Source: Megasphaera elsdenii DSM 20460
Lineage (GTDB): Bacteria; Bacillota; Negativicutes; Veillonellales; Megasphaeraceae
Direction: 5' to 3'
Assembly: GCF_003010495.1 (NCBI RefSeq)
Contig: NZ_CP027570.1
Coordinates: 2,160,001 to 2,192,000, forward strand
Length of the DNA: 32,000 nt
Positions 18,806 through 26,253 of the stretch are shown one piece after another. The notes under the pieces are model-generated. The model saw nothing but the letters and a program-made list of their open reading frames with translations, was not told where the DNA came from and ran no database searches. The position numbers and the translations under genes were made by a program. Position 1 is the first letter of the stretch; every line of letters starts with the position of its first letter.

Positions 18806-18935
18806 AGTTTGAAGTTTGAAGTTTGGAGTTTGAAGTTGTAGGGGGCGCCTGCAGGCTCCCCTGATAGGGGAGCTGTCAGCGAAGCTGACTGAGAGGTTGC
18901 TTTTTACTATAAACTACAAACTGAAAACCGCAAAT
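18806..18935. repeat. palindromic heptamer-repeat element E1
   Basis: The left arm has 5 tandem heptamers (AGTTTGA x2, AGTTTGG, AGTTTGA, AGTTGTA) at 18806-18840. The core holds two perfect hairpins: GCTCCCCT-GAT-AGGGGAGC (18855-18873) and GTCAGC-GAA-GCTGAC (18875-18889). The right arm has inverted heptamers TATAAAC TACAAAC TGAAAAC CGCAAAT at 18908-18935. Confidence 0.8.
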
Positions 18936-18936
18936 T

Positions 18937-18970
18937 AAAAGGACCCTCGCTTCATGCGGGGGTCCTTTTT
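18937..18970. terminator. bidirectional rho-independent terminator shared by the aldolase gene (+) and rqcH (-)
   Basis: The sequence is AAAA-GGACCCTCGC-TTCAT-GCGGGGGTCC-TTTTT. The stem is 10 bp including one G-U pair. An A-run and a T-run flank it, so it can work in both directions. Confidence 0.8.
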
Positions 18971-18978
18971 GCTAGCCG

Positions 18979-20682
18979 TCATTTCTTCGGTTCTACGATG
19001 TAGGTGGTCTGGTTGGTGAAGATGACGTAGCCTGGGACGGCGTGGACCGGTTTTTTGACGTGGCGTACTAGGGTGCAGTCGACTTCGACTTTCGAGCTTT
19101 CCCGGGCCTTGCTGTAGTAGGCGGCCAGTTCGGCAGCCCGTTCGATCTGGGCATCCGTCGGCGTCACGTTGTGGCAGGCGAGGATGACGTGGGAGCCGGG
19201 CTGGTTCTTGACATGGAACCAGAGGTCATAGGGATGGGCCTTTTTCAGAGTCAGGAAGTCGTTCTGCCGGTTGTTGCGGCCAATCCAGATGTCCAGGCCG
19301 TCGACCTTCAGGGTCAGGATGTCCTGGGCCGATTCTTTCTTCAGCTTTTCCTTGTTGTGGCCGCTGATCAGGCCGACCTGCTTCATTTCCGCCTTGATGT
19401 CGGCGATTTCGTCTTTCGTACTCGTGTTTTCCAGGGCGTATTCCAAAGAATAGAGGTAATCCAAATGCTTCTGGTTCTCTTCGTGGAGCTGGGCCGACAT
19501 CTGCTTGCGGTTGCGCATCTTCGTATAGCGCTTGTAGTAGCGGTTTGCATTGTCCGTCATGGAGTACGCCGGGTTGAGGGGGATGGTCACCTTTTCCTGT
19601 TCCTCTGAGAGGAGGTTCTTGACAGTGACTTGTTTTTCATGGTCGTGCTTTTCGTAGGCATAGATCATCAGGAGGTCGCCGTAGAGCTTGTACGTGTCCA
19701 TCTTCTTCGTTTCCTTCATTTCCGCGGCGATGCGCTTGATCTTGCGCTTCTGCTTCTCAATGAGCTTAGCGACCTTTTTCTGGAGCTGTTCCTGTTCACT
19801 GTTCAGGCTGCGGTGCGTGGCCTGGTATTCACTGAGGTAGGTCTCGATGAGCTTGAAGTGGCGCCGCGGGTACTGCGAGAGGCTGTGCAGTTCCAGGGGG
19901 AAGATGACTTCCTTGCCTTTGACGGTGTAGACATAGGCGCCGGAGATATTCGCCAGGCGCTTGCCGAACTCTTCGACCGTGCGGCACCAGGTGAAGCGGT
20001 CTGCCGGCGACAGTTCGCCGACGGGCGTCGTCACGGAGAGGCCCGAGTCGAAGGCCAGTTCGTTGAGGACGACCGTGCTCATGCCGTTGAAGCGCTTCAG
20101 CATCCACGTCTTCAGCGGTTCGTCCGTGCCGGTTGTCATCATTTCCGCCAGCTCCTGGGCCGAGAAGGAGAATGGGTCCATGCGCATGAAATTCGGCGGG
20201 AAGGCATACGGTTCATGCGGCGCAATCGTGCGCAGGGCCTGCTTGTTCTTGCCCGTCTTGATCAGGGCTTCGATGATTGTCCCGTCTTCCGTGAAGATGA
20301 CGTTGCTGTATTTGCCCATCAGTTCGACGTGGATCTTGCGCGTCACCAGGCGGCCCGACATGTCGAGGACGTCGATGTCGATGTCGATGAGACGGTCCAG
20401 GTGCAGCTGGGCGATGGCGGCGATGCGGCCGTTTTCATAATACTTGCGCAGGAACATGCAGAGCCCCGTCGGGACGTCCGGCGTCGGCGGCATCGTCTCG
20501 GCGATGTACAGGCGCGGCGAATCGTCGAGGGTAATGACCAGATGATGGATGCCCGCATCATTGAAGATGCGGAAATAAAGGGAACGGGCATCGAGCTGAT
20601 AAATCTTGGAAATCTGGCCGCCCTTCAAAATATCGGCCAGCTCATTCGTAATACAATGTAATGTGATACCGTCCAAATTCAT
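18979..20682 (-). CDS. rqcH: ribosome quality-control protein RqcH (NFACT/FbpA family)
   Basis: The 567-aa ORF has the NFACT-N start MNLDGITLHCITNELADILKGGQISKIYQ, a central coiled-coil and a C-terminal DLWFHVKNQPGSHVIL (NFACT-R/DUF814). A GGAGG RBS sits upstream. Confidence 0.92.
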   Translation of the reverse strand: MNLDGITLHCITNELADILKGGQISKIYQLDARSLYFRIFNDAGIHHLVITLDDSPRLYIAETMPPTPDVPTGLCMFLRKYYENGRIAAIAQLHLDRLIDIDIDVLDMSGRLVTRKIHVELMGKYSNVIFTEDGTIIEALIKTGKNKQALRTIAPHEPYAFPPNFMRMDPFSFSAQELAEMMTTGTDEPLKTWMLKRFNGMSTVVLNELAFDSGLSVTTPVGELSPADRFTWCRTVEEFGKRLANISGAYVYTVKGKEVIFPLELHSLSQYPRRHFKLIETYLSEYQATHRSLNSEQEQLQKKVAKLIEKQKRKIKRIAAEMKETKKMDTYKLYGDLLMIYAYEKHDHEKQVTVKNLLSEEQEKVTIPLNPAYSMTDNANRYYKRYTKMRNRKQMSAQLHEENQKHLDYLYSLEYALENTSTKDEIADIKAEMKQVGLISGHNKEKLKKESAQDILTLKVDGLDIWIGRNNRQNDFLTLKKAHPYDLWFHVKNQPGSHVILACHNVTPTDAQIERAAELAAYYSKARESSKVEVDCTLVRHVKKPVHAVPGYVIFTNQTTYIVEPKK

Positions 20683-20723
20683 AGAGGTACCTCCTTATCT
20701 CACTCAAAAAATCAATCCCCTTT

Positions 20724-20753
20724 ATCATAGCATGAGTGAGCCGATCCTGTGAA
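20724..20753 (-). promoter_or_regulatory. putative rqcH promoter
   Basis: On the minus strand it reads TTCACA (20753-20748), an 18-nt spacer, then TGcTATGAT (-10 at 20729-20724). Confidence 0.4.
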
Positions 20754-20810
20754 GAGGGCGGGTCGTATATCGTACAAAGGCTTCTGCCATTATGCTATAA
20801 TCTTTTTTCT

Positions 20811-20891
20811 AAAAGTTTGCAGTTTGCAGTGGATGGCTTTAATTAATAACATCAGTACTGCAAACTAAAAACTACAAACTAAAAACTAAAA
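20811..20891. repeat. palindromic heptamer-repeat element E2, related to E1
   Basis: The left arm is AAAAGTTTGCAGTTTGCAGT at 20811-20830. The core is AT-rich and contains TTAATTAA. The right arm ACTGCAAACTAAAAACTACAAACTAAAAACTAAAA is at 20857-20890. The left arm's reverse complement matches the start of the right arm at 15/17. E2 shares AAAAGTTTG[A/C]AGTTTG[A/C]AG and AAACTACAAACT[G/A]AAAAC with E1. Confidence 0.8.
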
Positions 20892-20923
20892 GGGGCTTGT
20901 CGCTTAATGCGACAGCCCCTTTC
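20888..20923 (-). terminator. rho-independent terminator of the yibE/F transcription unit
   Basis: The stem pairs GGGGCTTGTCGC with GCGACAGCCCC (20892-20919, one bulge). On the minus strand a T-rich run (TTTTAGTTTTT) follows. Confidence 0.7.
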
Positions 20924-20980
20924 ACTGCTTTTCATTGCACTTCACTGCTTTATGCTGCACTTTACTGCTTTTCACTAACC
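20921..20980. repeat. three tandem copies of a 20-nt unit spanning the yibE/F stop codon
   Basis: The units are TTCACTGCTTTTCATTGCAC (20921-20940), TTCACTGCTTTATGCTGCAC (20941-20960) and TTTACTGCTTTTCACTAACC (20961-20980). Units 1 and 2 match at 16/20, and units 1 and 3 at 15/20. Confidence 0.85.
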
Positions 20981-22116
20981 CCTTTTTTCCTCCCATAAAG
21001 CCAGGCGCTGCAAAGGGCGGCTAAAGGTACCGTGAAGATGACGCCGAAGCTGCCTGAGAGTCCTTTCATCAGTTCAATGCAGACGGCATTGCTGTTGATC
21101 AGCTGCAGGTAGGGCAGGTCGTAGGCGTAATCGAGGACCCAGACGCCGAGGGAGCCGCCGAAGAAGGCGAGAATCAATGTGGCAGCCATGGTGCCCATGA
21201 CGTCGCGGCCTACATTCATGCCGGCCTGGAAAATCTGCTGCCGTGTCAGGTCCGGCTGATGGCGCACGAGTTCGCTGTAGGCGCTGGTCACGTCCATGGC
21301 GATATCCATGACGGCGCCGAGGCTGGCAAAGAGAATGCCCGCAAAGAGGAGCTGACCGACGTCGATGAGCGTATTCTGGGCGACGAACATCAGGTTTTCG
21401 ATATTGCTGACGTTATAGCCGGACAGGTGAGCGATTTGACCAAAGATGACGGCGGACAGACAGGCAATGACGATACCGCCGATGGTCGCGGCGAAGGCAG
21501 CGCCGGATTTTGCCGACCAGCCGTTGAGCAGGTAGAGCGTGGCGCCCAGGATAACCGCGGCTGTCACCAGGGCAGCCAGGATAGGCGGCATGCCGCGCAG
21601 AATCATGGGGAAGAAGAAACCGATGAAGCAGCTGAAGGTCAAAACCAAAGCCACCGCGGAAGCGACGCCCTTGCGGCCGCCGATGAGGCGGAGAAGTGCC
21701 AGGAAGACGGCGATGAAGCCGTAGACCGGCCACGTTCGGTCGATGTTATAGACCGTGTGCAGCGAGAGCTGGCCGACCGTGCTGGAAATGACGATGACCG
21801 ACATACCGGGCTGCGCGACGGTACCAAAGAGGAGACCGTTCGGGCAGTTCGCTTCGACTGTGCTGCCGTCTTTTAGCTGCAGCATGACAATCTGATCACC
21901 GACGCGGGAACCGTCTTCCTGGAGGTTATCCTGAACGATGGAAGTGACCGTAGCCTTTTCAAAAACCCGGCCCTGGGTGCTGACCAGCTGGGGTTTGTCG
22001 ACGGGCTGACAAACCTGCAGCAGCCAGACGCCGCCGCAGAGGAGGACCAGGACGAGCAGGAAGCGCAGCCATTTCCGGAAAGACTTAGTCTTTGACGATG
22101 CTGTAGGAATCATCAA
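20962..22116 (-). CDS. YibE/F family integral membrane protein
   Basis: The 384-aa ORF has an N-terminal TM segment and an extracytoplasmic domain, followed by about 7 hydrophobic helices in a YibE/F-like arrangement. The family call is from recall. It overlaps the upstream gene by 32 nt. Confidence 0.7.
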   Translation of the reverse strand: MMIPTASSKTKSFRKWLRFLLVLVLLCGGVWLLQVCQPVDKPQLVSTQGRVFEKATVTSIVQDNLQEDGSRVGDQIVMLQLKDGSTVEANCPNGLLFGTVAQPGMSVIVISSTVGQLSLHTVYNIDRTWPVYGFIAVFLALLRLIGGRKGVASAVALVLTFSCFIGFFFPMILRGMPPILAALVTAAVILGATLYLLNGWSAKSGAAFAATIGGIVIACLSAVIFGQIAHLSGYNVSNIENLMFVAQNTLIDVGQLLFAGILFASLGAVMDIAMDVTSAYSELVRHQPDLTRQQIFQAGMNVGRDVMGTMAATLILAFFGGSLGVWVLDYAYDLPYLQLINSNAVCIELMKGLSGSFGVIFTVPLAALCSAWLYGRKKGVSEKQ

Positions 22117-23038
22117 TTGCTGTGCCCGTTTCTACGTCATACGTGTTGATCGTGAATTCGCTGTCCGTAATGTGGACGACGGAGTACGTCGGACGCCAGC
22201 TCTGGCTGCGGGCGGCGATGTAGTCCTGCTGCTGCGGGATCAGGTTGTAGTATTTCGAACCCGTTGCCGAGTTTGAGGACATGTAGAAGACGCCCTTCGG
22301 GTTGTGCAGGACGCCCTGTTTCATGTCGGCAATGGTGTAGCAGAGGTTCTGCGATTCGTAGTTGTTCTTGAATTCTTTATTCTTCAGTGCGTTATTCAGG
22401 AGCTTATGAGACTGGCCCTGCTGGCCTTTCTTCAAGTCGTCGAAAGAAGCATGCTGTTTGCCGTCGCTAGAGAGCTGATACGTACGGGCATAGGTGTGGT
22501 CATGACCCTGGAGGACGACGTCAATCTTGTTAGCATCATAAATCGGCGTCAGCTGCGTGCGCAGGAGGATGCCGTCAGAATCGGAGTAATCCAGGCCCGT
22601 GCCGTAGATGTCCTGATGCATGACGACGATACGCCATTTCGTGTCCGGATGAGCTTTGATGGCTTTCTTGATCAGCGCTTCATGGTCGGCAGCGTTGTAG
22701 TTGTTGGCGTTGATGACGATGAAGAGGGCATTGCCGTAGGTGTAATAGTAACCGTGGCCGGCTTTCGTCGGGTTGCTTTCTTCCGTAAAGGGGTTCGGTA
22801 CGTTGAAGTGGTTCTGGTAACCGGATGTCATGCTGTCGTGGTTGCCGATGCTGCTGGCTTCGGGCAGATTGCGCAGGGCTGCGGCCGAAAGGTAAGCGGC
22901 ATACTGGATTTCCTGTTCGTTCAGCTTGGTTGCCGACTGGTCTTCCGCCGGCTGGTTGATTTGGTCGCCAGGAGAGACGAGGAAGTTGATTTCCGGATGC
23001 TGCGCGAGGGCGCTATTAAGGGTCTTGTTCCAGTTAGT
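22085..23038 (-). pseudogene. 5'-truncated calcineurin-like metallophosphoesterase
   Basis: The minus-strand frame is open from 23038, directly after an in-frame TAG at 23041-23039. It encodes ...LVSPGDQIN...SSIGNHDSMTSGY...VMHQDIY...LQGHDHTYART. The GD, GNHD, H and GHDH motifs are present. The first D-x-H motif, the N-terminus and any start codon upstream of the Met at 22831 are missing. Confidence 0.75.
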
Positions 23039-23040
23039 CT

Positions 23041-23297
23041 AGGCGCCGTTTGTAAGAAAAAAGAACGAAAAAATGTCAAAAAGATGTAAAGAAATTACTG
23101 AAAAAGCTGCGGCACAAAATCTGGAATCATGTAATGATTAATAGTCACTGCAACCTGCATAAATTTTACCAAAAAAATAAGATGTTTTTCAGATGCAGGA
23201 AACATGCGGCCTTATAAGGCTATTTTGATTTTTGGGGAATTTTGTTTATAAGCGTTGCAGTTAGGTAGCGACGCGGTTCAACGTATGATATAATACT
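23041..23297 (+). promoter_or_regulatory. AT-rich leader of CRISPR array 1 with a putative extended -10 promoter
   Basis: This is a 257-nt non-coding AT-rich stretch. TGaTATAAT (-10 at 23289-23294) lies 3 nt before the first repeat. It also contains the palindrome AATCAT-GTA-ATGATT and the inverted repeat CCTGCAT...ATGCAGG. Confidence 0.5.
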
Positions 23298-24106
23298 GGT
23301 ATCTGCCGAGTAGGCAGTTTAGAAAATCATCATGTCCCGAATGGCCATACAACATGGGGTATCTGCCGAGTAGGCAGTTTAGAAAAGCCGCAAAACGCGC
23401 CCACAACGGCAAATAGCGGTATCTGCCGAGTAGGCAGTTTAGAAATCTTTGATGCAGCGGATCAGTCCTCTTTCATCGGTATCTGCCGAGTAGGCAGTTT
23501 AGAAAATTACGCTCACCGCCTAAGCAAAGCACGTATCGGTATCTGCCGAGTAGGCAGTTTAGAAAGACTTTTCGGCGACATTCTTTCGGACATTCTTGGT
23601 ATCTGCCGAGTAGGCAGTTTAGAAATTCTGATGGCACCCCTTGCGGTGCAGACGAACGGTATCTGCCGAGTAGGCAGTTTAGAAAATGTAGTACAAAGGA
23701 AAACTTAAGAGAAAACATGGTATCTGCCGAGTAGGCAGTTTAGAAAAGCCGGTGTCACCACATAGTGGATGCGGCGCCGGTATCTGCCGAGTAGGCAGTT
23801 TAGAAATTATTGGGTGCGAAGCCTCGCGGTGTACGCCTGGTATCTGCCGAGTAGGCAGTTTAGAAAATAGGCAAAATCCCAGCCCGGTACATCGACATGG
23901 TATCTGCCGAGTAGGCAGTTTAGAAAATTATTCGAGCCGCCGCCGACAGCGATACGGAGGTATCTGCCGAGTAGGCAGTTTAGAAACATAACTGTATCGG
24001 TTGGTTTGTCTGTTAATCGGTATCTGCCGAGTAGGCAGTTTAGAAATATACCATGCTGAAAGCGTGGAATACAGGCCAGGTATCTGCCGAGTAGGCAGTA
24101 TTAGTA
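23298..24106 (+). CRISPR. CRISPR array 1, type I-F-like 28-nt repeat, 14 repeats / 13 spacers
   Basis: The repeat is GGTATCTGCCGAGTAGGCAGTTTAGAAA. Repeats start at 23298, 23358, 23418, 23478, 23538, 23598, 23658, 23719, 23779, 23839, 23899, 23959, 24019 and 24079. Spacers are 32 nt, with one of 33 nt at 23686-23718. The last repeat has a degenerate 3' end (GGTATCTGCCGAGTAGGCAGTATTAGTA), which puts the leader on the 23041 side and transcription on the + strand. Confidence 0.98.
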
Positions 24107-24132
24107 TATATTCCTTTAAAAGATAAATAATA

Positions 24133-24161
24133 TTGAATGGGAATTTCAAATGTGGTATAAT
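24133..24161 (+). promoter_or_regulatory. near-consensus sigma-70 promoter of the cas8f-cas6f operon
   Basis: It reads TTGAAT (24133-24138), a 17-nt spacer, then TGgTATAAT (-10 at 24156-24161). An AAGGAGG RBS lies at 24189-24195. Confidence 0.65.
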
Positions 24162-24203
24162 GAGAATAATTAATTCGGTATTTAATATAAGGAGGCATTT
24201 TCT

Positions 24204-25355
24204 GTGGGAATATTTATGGATTATGTCGTAGAAAATTCAGCGAAGAAAAAGAAAACACATAATGCTTGGCTGCAAAGTGTGGTTGATCGTATTCCTTCTT
24301 GTACCTTGTCGACGCATGTCGGTAAATTTACGAATCCTGAAGTAAAAGTAAATATTCTTGATAGAGGACAGGGAACAAATAGGGAATATGTGAGTACCGA
24401 TACGGTGACACATGATATTGATATCGTTGTTTCTTCGGCAGCTTATTTAAGTACGGCGAGTTTATTGATGCTGCCTTTAGAAGATAGACAGTTGGTGCTT
24501 CTTCATCTCAAGCAGCGTGATTTAGCATTAAAAAAAGATTTCACTTCTCTCGGTATTGATTATGAAAAAGTTTGCACAGATGTTGATGGACTTTTTCAAG
24601 CCGCGCTGCCGGATCATACAGATCAGAATTTGAAGCAGGTCTATTTTCCCGTTTCAGACGGTAATTATCATTTATTAACTGTTATGCCGAGTTCCAGCTT
24701 GCTGTTACAGTTAAAGAAGCGAATCGATGACATGGGCAGCGAAGAAAGGGAACACAAAAAAAGCGGAGAAGCCTATACTAAGATATTCAGCCTTACGGGT
24801 ATAGGTTTTGGCGGTACGAAACCGCAAAATATCAGTACCCTCAATTCACGTCAGCACGGAATTGCCTATTTATTGCCGTCTTTGCCGCCGCAGTTGAAAC
24901 TAAGGACACTCCGCTTTCCCAAACGTGATTTTTTCCGTGAATCGATTCCTTATCGGCCTTTGAATGATTTACTGCATCAACTCCATGTCATTTTAAAGAC
25001 AGAGAAAAATAATATGGGAATCCGCATGCAAAGAGATGAGGTAACGGCGGCACTGGTGGACCTTGTACTGATGACCGCTTATGAATTCCGTAAGCATGAA
25101 GCGGGTTGGAGCAATCAGCCTTCTTTTTCCAACTTGCCGCAGGCTCAGAAAATCTTCCTTGATGATGCGTATAAAGCTGACAGAAGTGAAGGTACGTGGC
25201 AGCAGATGATTAGCCGGAGTTTTGCACGCTATATTATTTCACAATACGAAAAGGTGATGAAATCTGAAAAAATCGTCTTAGGCGACGCTGAACTTTCTTA
25301 TTTGCAAGACGCGATGAAGAATGTTTTAGAAGAGGAAGTGAGATATGGCTTATGA
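24204..25355 (+). CDS. cas8f: type I-F Cascade large subunit Cas8f (Csy1)
   Basis: The GTG start lies 8 nt after GGAGG. [22 protein letters not shown] and [31 protein letters not shown] parallel P. aeruginosa Csy1 ([54 protein letters not shown]), recalled from memory. Confidence 0.9.
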   Translation: [383 protein letters not shown]

Positions 25356-26239
25356 GAGAAGCGGTTTTGATTGTATCAGGCATTCACATTCAAAATGCCA
25401 ATGCGTTGAGCAGTACTTTTACTATCGGTTTTCCTGCGATGACGGCCTGGCTGGGGGCTGTTCATGCTTTACAGCGGCGTCTTAACCGGCAGTCGGAATT
25501 TTCGGAACTGCGCTTTACGAAAACAGGGGTGATTTGTCATGGTTACCAACTGCAGACTCACAAAGGCACAGGTGACTGGATTTCTTCGATTATTGGCACA
25601 ACTAATCCGCTGCGAAAAAAAGGCAATGCTTTTGTAAGGCCGCCGTTTATTGAAGAAGCAAGAATTCATCTTCTCGTCGATTTAGTCATTGAAGTACAGA
25701 AATTGGGGCCGGAAATGGGCGATTTGCTGGAACCAATGGTACGCGAAAATATGCTGACGATGAAAATTGCTGGCGGAGACGTTCTTTCTGTAGACAAAAT
25801 AGACGTGCAGCGGATTGATCGAGATAACGAGAGTGCGGTAGTACGGAAACTTATTCTGCCGTTGATGTCGGGGTATGCAGTGATTGAGCGACGGGATTTG
25901 ATGAATGAAGATACTGGTGAAGATACACTAGGAGTGCTGCTTCATTATTTAGCCGTCTACTCGACGCCGCTTGTCGATAAAGAGGGAAGAGTTATTTCCT
26001 GGCAGCAACAACGCGCAACGCCAGGCTGGCTCGTTCCGCTGGCTGTAGGATTCAGGGCGTTATCGCCTTTGCAGAAAGTGAAGCGGCAGCGTGATGCGGA
26101 GAAGACTCACTGTTTTGTAGAACCGCTGGTAACATTAGGTGAATTTAAGATGCTGCATCGGCTTAGATCATTAGATGATTTGTTTTGGCATTATGAATAT
26201 GATGAAACACAAGGAACCTATCTTTGTAAAAATGAATAG
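25352..26239 (+). CDS. cas5f: type I-F Cas5f (Csy2)
   Basis: An ATGA overlap links it to cas8f. The N-terminus IHIQNANALSSTFTIGFPAMTAWLGAVHALQRRL matches Csy2 (LSIQNANAISSPLTWGFPSPGAFTGFVHALQRRV). PGWLVPLAVGFRALSPL matches PGWLVPIPAGYNALSPL. Confidence 0.9.
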   Translation: MREAVLIVSGIHIQNANALSSTFTIGFPAMTAWLGAVHALQRRLNRQSEFSELRFTKTGVICHGYQLQTHKGTGDWISSIIGTTNPLRKKGNAFVRPPFIEEARIHLLVDLVIEVQKLGPEMGDLLEPMVRENMLTMKIAGGDVLSVDKIDVQRIDRDNESAVVRKLILPLMSGYAVIERRDLMNEDTGEDTLGVLLHYLAVYSTPLVDKEGRVISWQQQRATPGWLVPLAVGFRALSPLQKVKRQRDAEKTHCFVEPLVTLGEFKMLHRLRSLDDLFWHYEYDETQGTYLCKNE

Positions 26240-26253
26240 AGGAGGAATGTTTT

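Noticed and set aside
23073-23141. A 22-codon ORF (MSKRCKEITEKAAAQNLESCND) inside the array 1 leader, considered as a possible anti-CRISPR or regulatory micropeptide.
   Set aside because: It has no Shine-Dalgarno sequence. It is very short, lies in AT-rich DNA where such ORFs arise by chance, and has no supporting feature.
24047-24162. A possible autoregulatory crRNA. The first 7 nt of the last array 1 spacer (TATACCA) match the minus strand across the -10 of the cas8f promoter (TGGTATA).
   Set aside because: Only 7 contiguous nt match, with essentially random agreement afterwards (13/32 overall). The dinucleotide 5' of the match is AT, not the I-F CC PAM. The match is largely explained by TATA-like -10 content.
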